Of a stretch of DNA of 64,000 nt, positions 50,471 through 59,540 are shown one piece after another (position 1 is the stretch's first letter; each line of letters begins with the position of its first letter). Position numbers and translations under genes: made by a program. The notes beneath the pieces are model-generated. The model was given only the letters and a program-made list of their open reading frames with translations. It was not told the DNA's origin and did no database searches. The DNA is from Sedimentisphaerales bacterium. GTDB lineage: Bacteria > Planctomycetota > Phycisphaerae > Sedimentisphaerales > Anaerobacaceae. The stretch covers positions 3,488,001 through 3,552,000 of the forward strand of contig OY970194.1 of assembly GCA_963708075.1 (NCBI GenBank). Direction: 5' to 3'.

Positions 50471-51169
50471 TTACGCCCTTATCCTGCCGTCCTCCAACAC
50501 GATGACGCGCTGAGCCCTGTCGGCGATTCGCTCATCGTGCGTCACCATAACGATGGTCTGCCCAGCGCGGTTCAGATCCTCGAAAACCTTTAGAATACCA
50601 TTTCCTGTCACGGAGTCAAGGTTTCCTGTCGGCTCATCGGCCAGGAGGAGCCTGGGCCGGTTCATCAGGGCCCTGCCGATGGCGACCCTTTGGCGTTCGC
50701 CGCCGGACAACTGATAGGGCTTGTGCCGGACCCGTTCCTTCAAGCCCAACTGCTCGAGCAGCTCCGTCGCCCGCTTCGTGGCGGCCCGCCGCGTCAGCAG
50801 CCAGCCGACCACGCTACGCGAAACCATCGCCGGCAGAACGATATTTTCCAGCACATTCAATTCGTCCAACAGGTGATAAAACTGAAAGACAAAACCGACC
50901 ATCTCGTTGCGGTAGCGGTTGAGCTCTCGGGCCCTTATCCGATTCAGGTCCCGGCCGCTGAACTGAACGACCCCTTTATCGGGCCTGTCCAGCCCGCCGA
51001 GGATGTGCAACAGGGTGCTCTTGCCGCTGCCGGAGGCCCCGATGATGGCCACGAACTCGCCCTCCCGGACGGTCACATCGACCCCCCGCAGGACCTCCAC
51101 TCTCGTCGCTCCCATCCGATAGGACTTGCGGACCCCCGAGGCACTCAAAATTGTATGCGCTTTATCCAT
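50471..51169 (-). CDS. lolD: Lipoprotein-releasing ABC transporter ATPase
   Basis: GASGSGKST, GFVFQFYHLL, LSGGERQRV, LADEPTGNLD; follows two LolC/E permeases. Confidence 0.88.
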   Translation of the reverse strand: MDKAHTILSASGVRKSYRMGATRVEVLRGVDVTVREGEFVAIIGASGSGKSTLLHILGGLDRPDKGVVQFSGRDLNRIRARELNRYRNEMVGFVFQFYHLLDELNVLENIVLPAMVSRSVVGWLLTRRAATKRATELLEQLGLKERVRHKPYQLSGGERQRVAIGRALMNRPRLLLADEPTGNLDSVTGNGILKVFEDLNRAGQTIVMVTHDERIADRAQRVIVLEDGRIRA

Positions 51170-51212
51170 AAGGCCATCCATACCCACCTTGACAGAGGTG
51201 GGGCATCCATCT

Positions 51213-52558
51213 CTACACGGGACCGGTGTGCAGTGTCTCCACGGGCCGCAGCCGGGCGGCGCTATAGGCGGGGAACAAAGCCCCGATCAAACAGGACGCG
51301 ATCGCGCAGCCGACGATGGTCGCGAGCACCGGGAACTCCACGTGGTTGGGAATGTCCCCGATCGCGTAGATGCTGCGATCCCATAACTGAAAGCCGAACC
51401 TCTCAAAGAGCTGGCCTTCGACCCAGTTGATCTTCGAAAGGAACAGCCACGCGGTCAGGGCCCCGATCCCCGAGCCCAGGCATCCGATCACAAAGGCAAA
51501 GCCGGCGAAAAGGGCCAGGATGCTGACGTTCGAGCTGCCGACGCTCTTCAGCACGCCGACGTCCTTTCGCTTGTGGCTGACGATCATATAGAAGACGACG
51601 AATACGATGAAGACCGTCGTGACGCCGACCAGGATGAACATCAGGCCCAGGAGCACCTGCTCTTTTTCCATCGGGGCGATGACTGCACGACGATACTCCT
51701 TCCAGTCCTGCACGAGCACCGCGTCGAGAAGAAAACTGTCCGGGGCGTCTGCCTTCGCTCGCCTGAATTCCTGCCACATCGCCGCCACCTGGGCGCGTCC
51801 CTGGCTCAGCCCCACACCCGCACAGAACTTGATGTGAATGGCGTTGACCCTCTTCAAAGTCCCCGCCATGCACAATTTCTGGGCTTGTTCCAGGGGAATG
51901 TAGATCTGGGAGCCATCGACGTGCGCGATTCCCGATTGCGAGTGGTCACTGTAGGAGAAATGCTGGGTTTCGACGATGCCGGCGCCGAGCTTCGCGGGGC
52001 GCCGCCGGCCGTCAGCGGAAAGCACGTCAGGGTGATTGCCACCGGCGTGGGTTGGTCGTCGTACATATATTGACCCTGGGTACTGCGATTCAGGGCCAGA
52101 TCGATGCCCAAAACGCAGCCGAGGGCATTCGGGTCGTACACCGGCAGAAAGGCCTTGTCGGGCTGCCCGGCGCGGTAATGCAAGGTCTGTGCAAAATTTG
52201 TCGTCCGGGCATGAAGCACCGGATCGATCCCGAGGATCTCCACGCCGCGGCGCACCTCGTCCTGCCGGACGCTGAGCAGGCCGTAACTCTTGACGGCCGG
52301 CGAAACCGCCTCGACGAAATTCGCCCCCTTCAGTTTCTCGATGAATTCCTCGTAGTAGGGAAATCCGACGAGTGAGTCCGTACCGACGACGCAATCGCCC
52401 ACGAATTGGTGGTTCTTCTGTTTGAAGTCCTGCACCAGGCCCGTCATGATCGTCATCACGACCACGACGATGAAAACGCACAAGGCCACGGCCAGTATCG
52501 CGAAATGCGTGATACGCCGCTTCAGCAAATATCGAGTGATCAACTTTAGCTTATACAT
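51213..52558 (-). CDS. LolC/E-type ABC permease (apparent homopolymer frameshift at ~51998)
   Basis: N-part ORF 51854-52558 (RYLLKRRI...) joins the C-part with FtsX domain (KRKDVGVLKSVG...PAYSAARLRPVE). Confidence 0.85.
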
Positions 52559-52599
52559 ACGCCGTCAAGAGATCAGAACGTCGCAAACTCTTCGGTTCT

Positions 52600-52680
52600 G
52601 GGTGGCATCGTCAAGCGCAAGCTTGGCGATGGTTTGCCCATCCGCCATCGCCAAGGCCTTCGGCCTTGACGCTGCCACCC
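52600..52680. repeat. Branched REP-like palindrome
   Basis: GGGTGGCA/TGCCACCC, CGTCAAG/CTTGACG and CTTGGCGATGG/CCATCGCCAAG nested stems. Confidence 0.75.
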
Positions 52681-52706
52681 GTCGCTGCTCTGCAAAGCTC
52701 CAGATG

Positions 52707-54053
52707 TCATTCATATCGCAGGACCTCTACGGGCCTCGTGCGAGCTGCCAGGGCCGCCGGCAACAACGCCCCTGCGGCCGCCGCTGCGATCGACAAGCCG
52801 GCAAGGGTCAGGGCCCACTGCCAGTCCACCACGTTCGGAATTCTGGCGAACATGTACACGCTGCTCTGCCAGAGCTTGAGCCCGAAGGTGGCCCGGATCC
52901 ATCCTTCGATAGTGTTGATATTCACGGTAATCAGGTAGCCCAGCACGATTCCAAGGCCCGCGCCCATGATCCCCACAGTGATGCCGAATCCCAGGAAGAT
53001 CCAGGCGACTGCCGTGCTCGATGCGCCGCAGCTTTTCATAATGCCCACGTCTTTGCGCTTGAGCCGGACGATCATGTAGAAGATGCAGAAGACGAGCACG
53101 ACGACGCTGAAGCTGATGACCCCGAAGACCAGCAGCAGAACGCCCATCTGCTTGCGGATTTCCACGACGTACTGGTGCTGCATCTCGCGTGCCGTCTGCA
53201 CCCGGGTCGCGGCAACCAGGTAGGGAGTCCAGCCAAGGTCCTTCTCCGCAAACACTCGCCACAGGCCGCGGATCTGCGCCACGGCCACGTCCGGATCGAT
53301 ATTCGGCTTGAGCTTGATATTGACGCTGGACGCAAGATCGCCTGTGTCATCCGGGTACAATGCGTTCTGCAGGGTCTTTATGGGCACGTAAACGAGGCTC
53401 TCATCGAGCTGGTACACGCCCGTGAAGATAATATCCGCGATGCTGAACGGCACAAGCACCCGTTTAGGCTCACTCTCGCCGTCCGGGGATTGCGACATCG
53501 TGCCCGTCGTCACCAGGACCTGCTGGCCTATCATCGTCTCCAGGGCCGCCGCCTGATTGTACTCATCCGTCTTCTCGTTCGGATCGGCCACCATCCCGAT
53601 CCCGACGAACCCCCCCACTTTCCCGGGCATCCCCGGCACGTCAAAGGAGGGTCCGTCCGGCATCAGCTTTTGACGCAGCAATGCCCCTTTGATACTCGTG
53701 ACCCGCGCCCGGCGGTCGGGCTCGATCCCCCAGACCGTTACGCCGCGGACATTGCCCTTGCCCACGTGCAGCAGGCCCTCGCAGGACAGGGTGGCCGTCG
53801 CGGCCTCCACGATTCCGCTGCCCTCCAGACGCTCGATCAGCGTGGGATATTTGTCGAACGTGACCCCGGAGGGCGCGGCAAGGATGATATCGCCGATCGC
53901 ATCGATCGCACTTCGCTCGAAGGCGGTGATGAACCCGGTGAACAGGCTGGCCACGACGATCAACAGCGAGACCGACAGCGCCACGGCGGCCACGCTCAAG
54001 AACACGATCCGTCGCTTACAGAGATATCTGACCCAAAAGAACAGCTTCAACAT
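52707..54053 (-). CDS. LolC/E-type ABC permease
   Basis: RYLCKRR, KRKDVGIMKSCGA, PAALAARTRPVEVLRYE. Confidence 0.9.
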   Translation of the reverse strand: MLKLFFWVRYLCKRRIVFLSVAAVALSVSLLIVVASLFTGFITAFERSAIDAIGDIILAAPSGVTFDKYPTLIERLEGSGIVEAATATLSCEGLLHVGKGNVRGVTVWGIEPDRRARVTSIKGALLRQKLMPDGPSFDVPGMPGKVGGFVGIGMVADPNEKTDEYNQAAALETMIGQQVLVTTGTMSQSPDGESEPKRVLVPFSIADIIFTGVYQLDESLVYVPIKTLQNALYPDDTGDLASSVNIKLKPNIDPDVAVAQIRGLWRVFAEKDLGWTPYLVAATRVQTAREMQHQYVVEIRKQMGVLLLVFGVISFSVVVLVFCIFYMIVRLKRKDVGIMKSCGASSTAVAWIFLGFGITVGIMGAGLGIVLGYLITVNINTIEGWIRATFGLKLWQSSVYMFARIPNVVDWQWALTLAGLSIAAAAAGALLPAALAARTRPVEVLRYE

Positions 54054-54228
54054 CTATGAACCGCTATCTCGCCATCAATTTTCGCAGCCGGCACGGCTGG
54101 GTGCCATGCTTACGCCAGCGTAAGCATGCCTTGCCCATCGAGTCGGACATGTCCACGCACGCGTAGACATGGCACCCGGCTTCGATTCTCAGCATACGCC
54201 GGAAGCCTGCGGGATGTGCTGAACCGAG

Positions 54229-55695
54229 CTACGGCTGCTCGGGCGTCACAGGCTTCAGGAGCGGGAATAACACTACGTCGCGGATGGTTGTGGCGCCGGT
54301 CAGGAGCATGACGAGCCTGTCGATGCCGATCCCCAGCCCGCCCGCCGGAGGCATACCGTACTTCAGCGCGGTGATGTAATCCATGTCCATCTTCGTCAAC
54401 GACTCTTCCTGGCCGCGAAGCTGATGGCGGAAATTCTCGTACTGCAGTGCGGGATCGTTCAATTCCGTGTAGGCATTGGCCAATTCCATGCCGGTGACAA
54501 ACAGCTCGAAACGCTCCGCATACTGCGGGTCCTTCCTGCTGGGCTTGGCCAGCGGGCAAAGGATGGCCGGGTAGTCAATCACGAAAGTCGGATTGACCAG
54601 ACGCTCCTCGACGGTCGCCTCAAACACCTCATTGACGACCACGGCGTCATCCAGGCCGGCGTCCTCGATCATAAGCTGACGCGCCTTGGCCCGGATCGCC
54701 TGGATGTCGTCGATCCGGCAGCCCGAGTGCTCCATCAGCAGGTCCGCGTACCTCGCCCGCCGCCATGGACGGGTGAAATCGATTTCCTGGTCGCCGAACT
54801 GAACCTTCGTGCCCTGTCCGACAGCCTGGAGGCATGCCGAGACCAGCTCCTCCGTCAGGTCCATCATCGCGTTGTAGTCGCCGTAGGCCTGATAGACTTC
54901 GATCATCGTGAACTCGGGGTTGTGGCGACGGTCGAGGCCCTCGTTGCGGAAGTTGCGGTTGATCTCGAAGACCCGCTCCATCCCGCCGACCAGCAGCCGC
55001 TTGAGGAACAGCTCGGGCGATATCCTCAGGTACAGGTCCAGGTCGAGCGTGTTATGATGGGTGATGAATGGCTTGGCCGCCGCCCCGCCGGCGATGGTCT
55101 GCATCATCGGCGTCTCGACCTCGATGAACCCCCTGGCCTCAAGGAGTTGGCGAATCGTCCGAACGATCAGGCTGCGATTGCGGAAGCGGTCCATGACCTC
55201 GGGATTGGCCCACAGGTCCACGTACCGCTGGCGGTACCGCTGATCGACATCCGCCAGGCCGTGAAACTTCTCGGGCGGCTGGCACAGGCACTTGCTCAGG
55301 AGGGTCAGGCCGTGTTCCTCGACCCAGATCGTGATCTCGCCCGTCTTCGTCTTTCCCAGGCGGCCTTCGGCCCCAATCGTATCGCCGAGGTCGAGCAGTT
55401 TGGCCAGGCGCCACTGCTCGCCCATCAGGTTCTTCGCCAGACCAATCTGGATCGTGCCGCTTCTGTCCCGAAGGGTGATGAAGATCAGCTTGCCGATATC
55501 CCGCAGCAGGACGATTCTCCCGGCCGTGCGGGCCCGCTGGCTCTCATCGTCGTCCTTGAACCGGGCCCTGATAGACTCGGCAGGCTCGACGTTCTCATAG
55601 CGGGCCCCGTACGGGTCCAAGCCCAGCTCTTTGATCTGGGACAGCTTCTCCTGCCGTTGCTGCTCGAATCGACCTGAATCATCCGGATGGGTCAA
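54229..55695 (-). CDS. lysS: Lysine--tRNA ligase (class II)
   Basis: RYRQRYVDL, GGAAAKPFITHHN, YLRISPEL, FRNEG, HNPEFT, YGMPPAGGLGIGIDRL; GAGGTG RBS before TTG 55695. Confidence 0.98.
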   Translation of the reverse strand: MTHPDDSGRFEQQRQEKLSQIKELGLDPYGARYENVEPAESIRARFKDDDESQRARTAGRIVLLRDIGKLIFITLRDRSGTIQIGLAKNLMGEQWRLAKLLDLGDTIGAEGRLGKTKTGEITIWVEEHGLTLLSKCLCQPPEKFHGLADVDQRYRQRYVDLWANPEVMDRFRNRSLIVRTIRQLLEARGFIEVETPMMQTIAGGAAAKPFITHHNTLDLDLYLRISPELFLKRLLVGGMERVFEINRNFRNEGLDRRHNPEFTMIEVYQAYGDYNAMMDLTEELVSACLQAVGQGTKVQFGDQEIDFTRPWRRARYADLLMEHSGCRIDDIQAIRAKARQLMIEDAGLDDAVVVNEVFEATVEERLVNPTFVIDYPAILCPLAKPSRKDPQYAERFELFVTGMELANAYTELNDPALQYENFRHQLRGQEESLTKMDMDYITALKYGMPPAGGLGIGIDRLVMLLTGATTIRDVVLFPLLKPVTPEQP

Positions 55696-55711
55696 AGTCA
55701 GCACCTCAATC

Positions 55712-55885
55712 GAGTTCCGCAAAATGGAAGTTAGGCTTACTTTAGGAAGGAAAAATCGTTTTCTTGATTTTTCCTTCCTGAAACGGTAAGTGCCTGCTGC
55801 ACAATTGGCTAGGCGGATTATTCAAGGAAATCCCAAAACCGATTTCCTTGAATAATATAAGCCTAACTTCCATTTTGCGGAACTC
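55712..55885. mobile_element. 174-bp MITE-like element with 28-bp perfect TIRs
   Basis: GAGTTCCGCAAAATGGAAGTTAGGCTTA...TAAGCCTAACTTCCATTTTGCGGAACTC; two internal hairpins; AT-rich. Confidence 0.8.
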
Positions 55886-55892
55886 CTCTACC

Positions 55893-58285
55893 TCATTTCG
55901 CAGCGACCGTCCTTGCGTTCACCAGCTTCGCCTTGACGACCAGAACTCCGACGGCCAATTGCGGGTCCGCTTTCAACGTATCTTCCAGGACTCGTTTATT
56001 GACCGTGGTCCTGCTCCCGTCGCGGTTGGCCTGGACGAGGACATCGTTATCCCGCTGCACGTCAATCATTTGCTTCAGTTCTTCACTGGTGAGCTCGACC
56101 TCGACGTCGGGACCGACGCCCCAATCCTTGGTTCCTTCCTTCTGGACGTCCTCGCGGCTCTTGACCCGCTGCCCGGAAGGAAGATGGTAGTAGGCCATGG
56201 TGTATTTCAGCTCTGCTCGCCGCCGGGATAGTGGGTAATACCCTGGACACTGCCCTTGCCATGTGTGCGGGTTCCGACCAGGATAGCCCGCTCATGTTTC
56301 GGATCGCCCAAGGCCCCTGCCACGATCTCCGAGGCGCTGGCGGAGCCGGCGTTCGTCAGGATGACCAGAGGATAGTTCGGATGCGTGCCCCGGCGATGGG
56401 CATGCTCGAATGCCGGGATCATGTTGGCCTTCGGCTGCGTCCGTACGATCAGCCCCTCTTCGACAAACTTGTCCACGATATTGACCGCGCTATCGAGAAG
56501 GCCGCCGGTGTTGAAGCGGAGGTCCATGATCAGGCCCCGCATTCCCTCGGTCTCCAGTTGATTGAGGGTCGTTTCGAGATCGGCGGCCGTTTCGCCGGAG
56601 AAGCTGGTGATCCGGACGTATCCGATCTTTTCCTTCTCATCCAGCATATAGAGCCAGCACCCGGAAGCCGTCCTTTGCCATCCCCGAACGGTCGGCACGA
56701 TGATCCGATCCCGGGTGAGGGTGAGGGTCTGGGCGTCCTTGCCGCCCCGCCGGATGGCCAGGGTCACCGCGCTGCCTTTGGGACCGGTGATCTTCTTGAC
56801 GGCGCACATCAGGCTCATGTCCTTCGTGGGAATGCCATCCACACACTCGATGACGTCGCCCGCATCCAGGCCGGAGCGGTACGCCGGCGTATCCGGCAGC
56901 AGGCTTGACACCGTCAACATCCCCTTGGGTTTCGAGATTTCGATTCCGATGCCGGTGAACTCATTCGTCATGAGCTTCTCGAAGTCCTGCACCTGCCGGG
57001 GCCATACGATGACCGTATAGGGATCCAGCGCCCCGAGAGACGCTTCCACGAAATGGGCAACCAGCGGCTGCACCGGCAATCGCACGGTCGCCTCGTTCAG
57101 GGCCAGCACGTTGTCGAGAACCTTCAGGAACTCGTCCCTGCCGAAGCTGCGGACCGGCGGCTTGCTCTCACCCTGGCCCGCGGCCTGTGGCTGGCTCGAC
57201 GATTCGTTTGCACCCTTGAGCAACGCCTGAATCTCATCCTGAAGCCCGGCCAAGGCAACCGACCAGGCGGTCACTTTCTCGGGCTCCGGCGCTTTGAAGG
57301 CACTTTTCTTGCTTGCCTCGGAGCCCTCGGCAAACGCGATCGTCAGCACCTGGGTCAGCAGATCGCAACGCTTGAGCGCCTTGGTAGCCATCTGCATGTA
57401 GTCGATGCTGTTGACATAGTGCAGGTTCAGGGCCTCCATCGCGCGGCTGAACATGTATTTCTCGACACCTTCATAGCGCTCATTACAGGTCTCACAGGGA
57501 CTATCCTGGAACGAGGCGGCGATGCCGGCCTTCTCCAGCAACTCGTCGGCACGCGTCGAATAGCTCTTGTTGTTCGGGTCGATCGCCTGGAGCCAGTAAA
57601 AGTAGTTCATGTAGGCGTCGAGCCAGTGGCCCTGCCCTTCCAGCAGAACGCTGTAATCCACGGCCTTTTGCGTGACTTTGGTCACGTAGGCGTCCGAAAG
57701 CAGCGATTTCTTCTGCGTCTCGTCGGCGAACTCCGCCGCTTTGGCAATCACCTCCAGGACATCCGTGACGTCATTCGGCTCGTTGGGGTCCCGCTCAGCA
57801 GATGTCTCCAGCGTATCCACATCGTTGCCCTGTTTGGCAACCTGCGGAGGTTTGTCGAGATCGACCGCCGCTTTGAGCTTCTCCAGCGTCTTGCACTGTT
57901 CCTTAAAGACCGTTTCTTTCGCTGCTTGTCGCTGTTGGTTGATCTGGCTGTATCGCTCGGTGATCTCCTTGACCGCAGGAACTCGAGCGTCGGCCGCCGA
58001 GTCCATCTGCGTCACGCGTTCGGCCGCCTCCCGGAACTGCCCCCGCGTAATCAGATCACACGCCGCTGTCACGGCGTCGACCTGTACGGGAGTCTGGTCT
58101 GAGAGGGCAGCGCCCTGCGTCTGATTCGTCGCGGCCAGAGCGATTCTTGTCGTCTCGGCACGGGTCGAGCAGTTGTACCCGCTGAACCAGCATGAGAGGA
58201 CAAGGATCGAGGCACAAGAAACCAAAAGCAAAAGCGTTATCCTGGCGTTACGGATTCCAGCTATTCCACGCTTGCCCTGCGGCAT
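55893..58285 (-). CDS. S41 C-terminal processing peptidase (CtpA/Prc-like; apparent frameshift at ~56218)
   Basis: LDPYT, FTGIGIEI PDZ, DLRFNTGGLL, SASASEIVAGAL, THGKGSVQ, continuing in another frame as ELKYTMAYYHLPSG...GVGPDV...DPQL. Confidence 0.92.
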
Positions 58286-58444
58286 GGGCTCTCCTGTTCT
58301 CTGGGACACCAATGAACCGCTCCTTTCTGCTATGCAGCCTGACTATCGGTAAAGGAAACCTGAGGCAAGAGACTTTTCTCTGCCACTCACATTGTAACAC
58401 AAAAGGTCTCCCCTGTCCCAACGGGCTCGTGCCGCGAGAGGCGC

Positions 58445-59389
58445 CTACAGGCACTCTGCGGCCTTCCCGGCACAACCCAGCACATGAAGCTTGTGACGCA
58501 CCATCTCGCGGATGGCATCGCGGCCGGGGCCCAGATACTTGCGAGGGTCAAACTCCCCGGGCTTCTCCGCGAAGACCTGCCGAATCTTGGCCGTCAGAGC
58601 CATGCGCAGATCCGTATCGATGTTCACCTTGCAAATCGCCATCTTGGACGCCTTGGTAATCATGGCCTCGGGGACTCCCATCGCCGCCGGCATCTTGCCG
58701 CCGTACTTGTTGATGAGATCCCTGAACTCCGGCAGCACACTGCTGGATCCGTGCATCACCAGGGGATAGCCCGGCAACTTTTCACCAATCTTCTGTATAA
58801 TGTCGAAAGCCAGTTTTGGTTCGGTCTTAAACTTGTACGCCCCATGACTGGTCCCGCAGGCGACGGCCAGGGAATCGCAGCCGCTCTTCTCCACGAACTC
58901 CACGACCTGCTCCGGGTTCGCCAGGTGCTTGCTGACGTCATCGACGCCAACCACGTGCTCCTCGATTCCGCCCAACTGGCCCAACTCCGCCTCCACCGTG
59001 ACGTTGCGGGGATGGGCATACTCGACAACCTTCTTCGTGATCGCGATGTTCTCCTTGAAGGGAAGAGCCGAGCCGTCGATCATCACCGACGTGAATCCGT
59101 CATCCACGAACTGCTTGCAAGTCTCGAAAGTATCGCCGTGATCGAGGTGTGTGGCGATTGGAATGTCCGGGCTCTCTTTGACGACCACGTTGATGATGGC
59201 GATCAGATAGCTGTTTTTGGCGTAATCCCGAGCGCCCTTCGATATCTGCAGAATCAGCGGGGCCTTCTCCTGCGCCACGGCGTCCGCGATGCCCTGCGTG
59301 ATTTCCATGTTGTTCACGTTGAAGGCACCGACGGCGTACCCATGCTTATAGGCCATTTCAAACATCTTCTTCGTGTTCACCAACGGCAT
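58445..59389 (-). CDS. fba: Fructose-bisphosphate aldolase class II
   Basis: AVGAFNVNN, HLDHG, SVMIDGS, VEAELG, GTSHGAYK, LVMHGSS, KVNIDTD, FDPRKYL. Confidence 0.97.
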   Translation of the reverse strand: MPLVNTKKMFEMAYKHGYAVGAFNVNNMEITQGIADAVAQEKAPLILQISKGARDYAKNSYLIAIINVVVKESPDIPIATHLDHGDTFETCKQFVDDGFTSVMIDGSALPFKENIAITKKVVEYAHPRNVTVEAELGQLGGIEEHVVGVDDVSKHLANPEQVVEFVEKSGCDSLAVACGTSHGAYKFKTEPKLAFDIIQKIGEKLPGYPLVMHGSSSVLPEFRDLINKYGGKMPAAMGVPEAMITKASKMAICKVNIDTDLRMALTAKIRQVFAEKPGEFDPRKYLGPGRDAIREMVRHKLHVLGCAGKAAECL

Positions 59390-59540
59390 ACTCATGCTCC
59401 TTCCAAAACACCCTTTTGTGAATCGCCACAACCATAAACCCGGCATTGACGGATTCGAGCCTTTGCCGAGCGAGTCCTCACACCCTGCCCCAGTCGGGCC
59501 ATTTTAACACATTGGCCGGCCTGTGCCATATTTATTTTCG

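Noticed and set aside
43714..58285. rarA, lolC/E, ctpA-like and 47546 barrel as true pseudogenes or programmed frameshifts
   Set aside because: Each break is a 1-2 nt loss in a C/G run or GC dinucleotide repeat within an otherwise intact gene; long-read error is the simpler explanation
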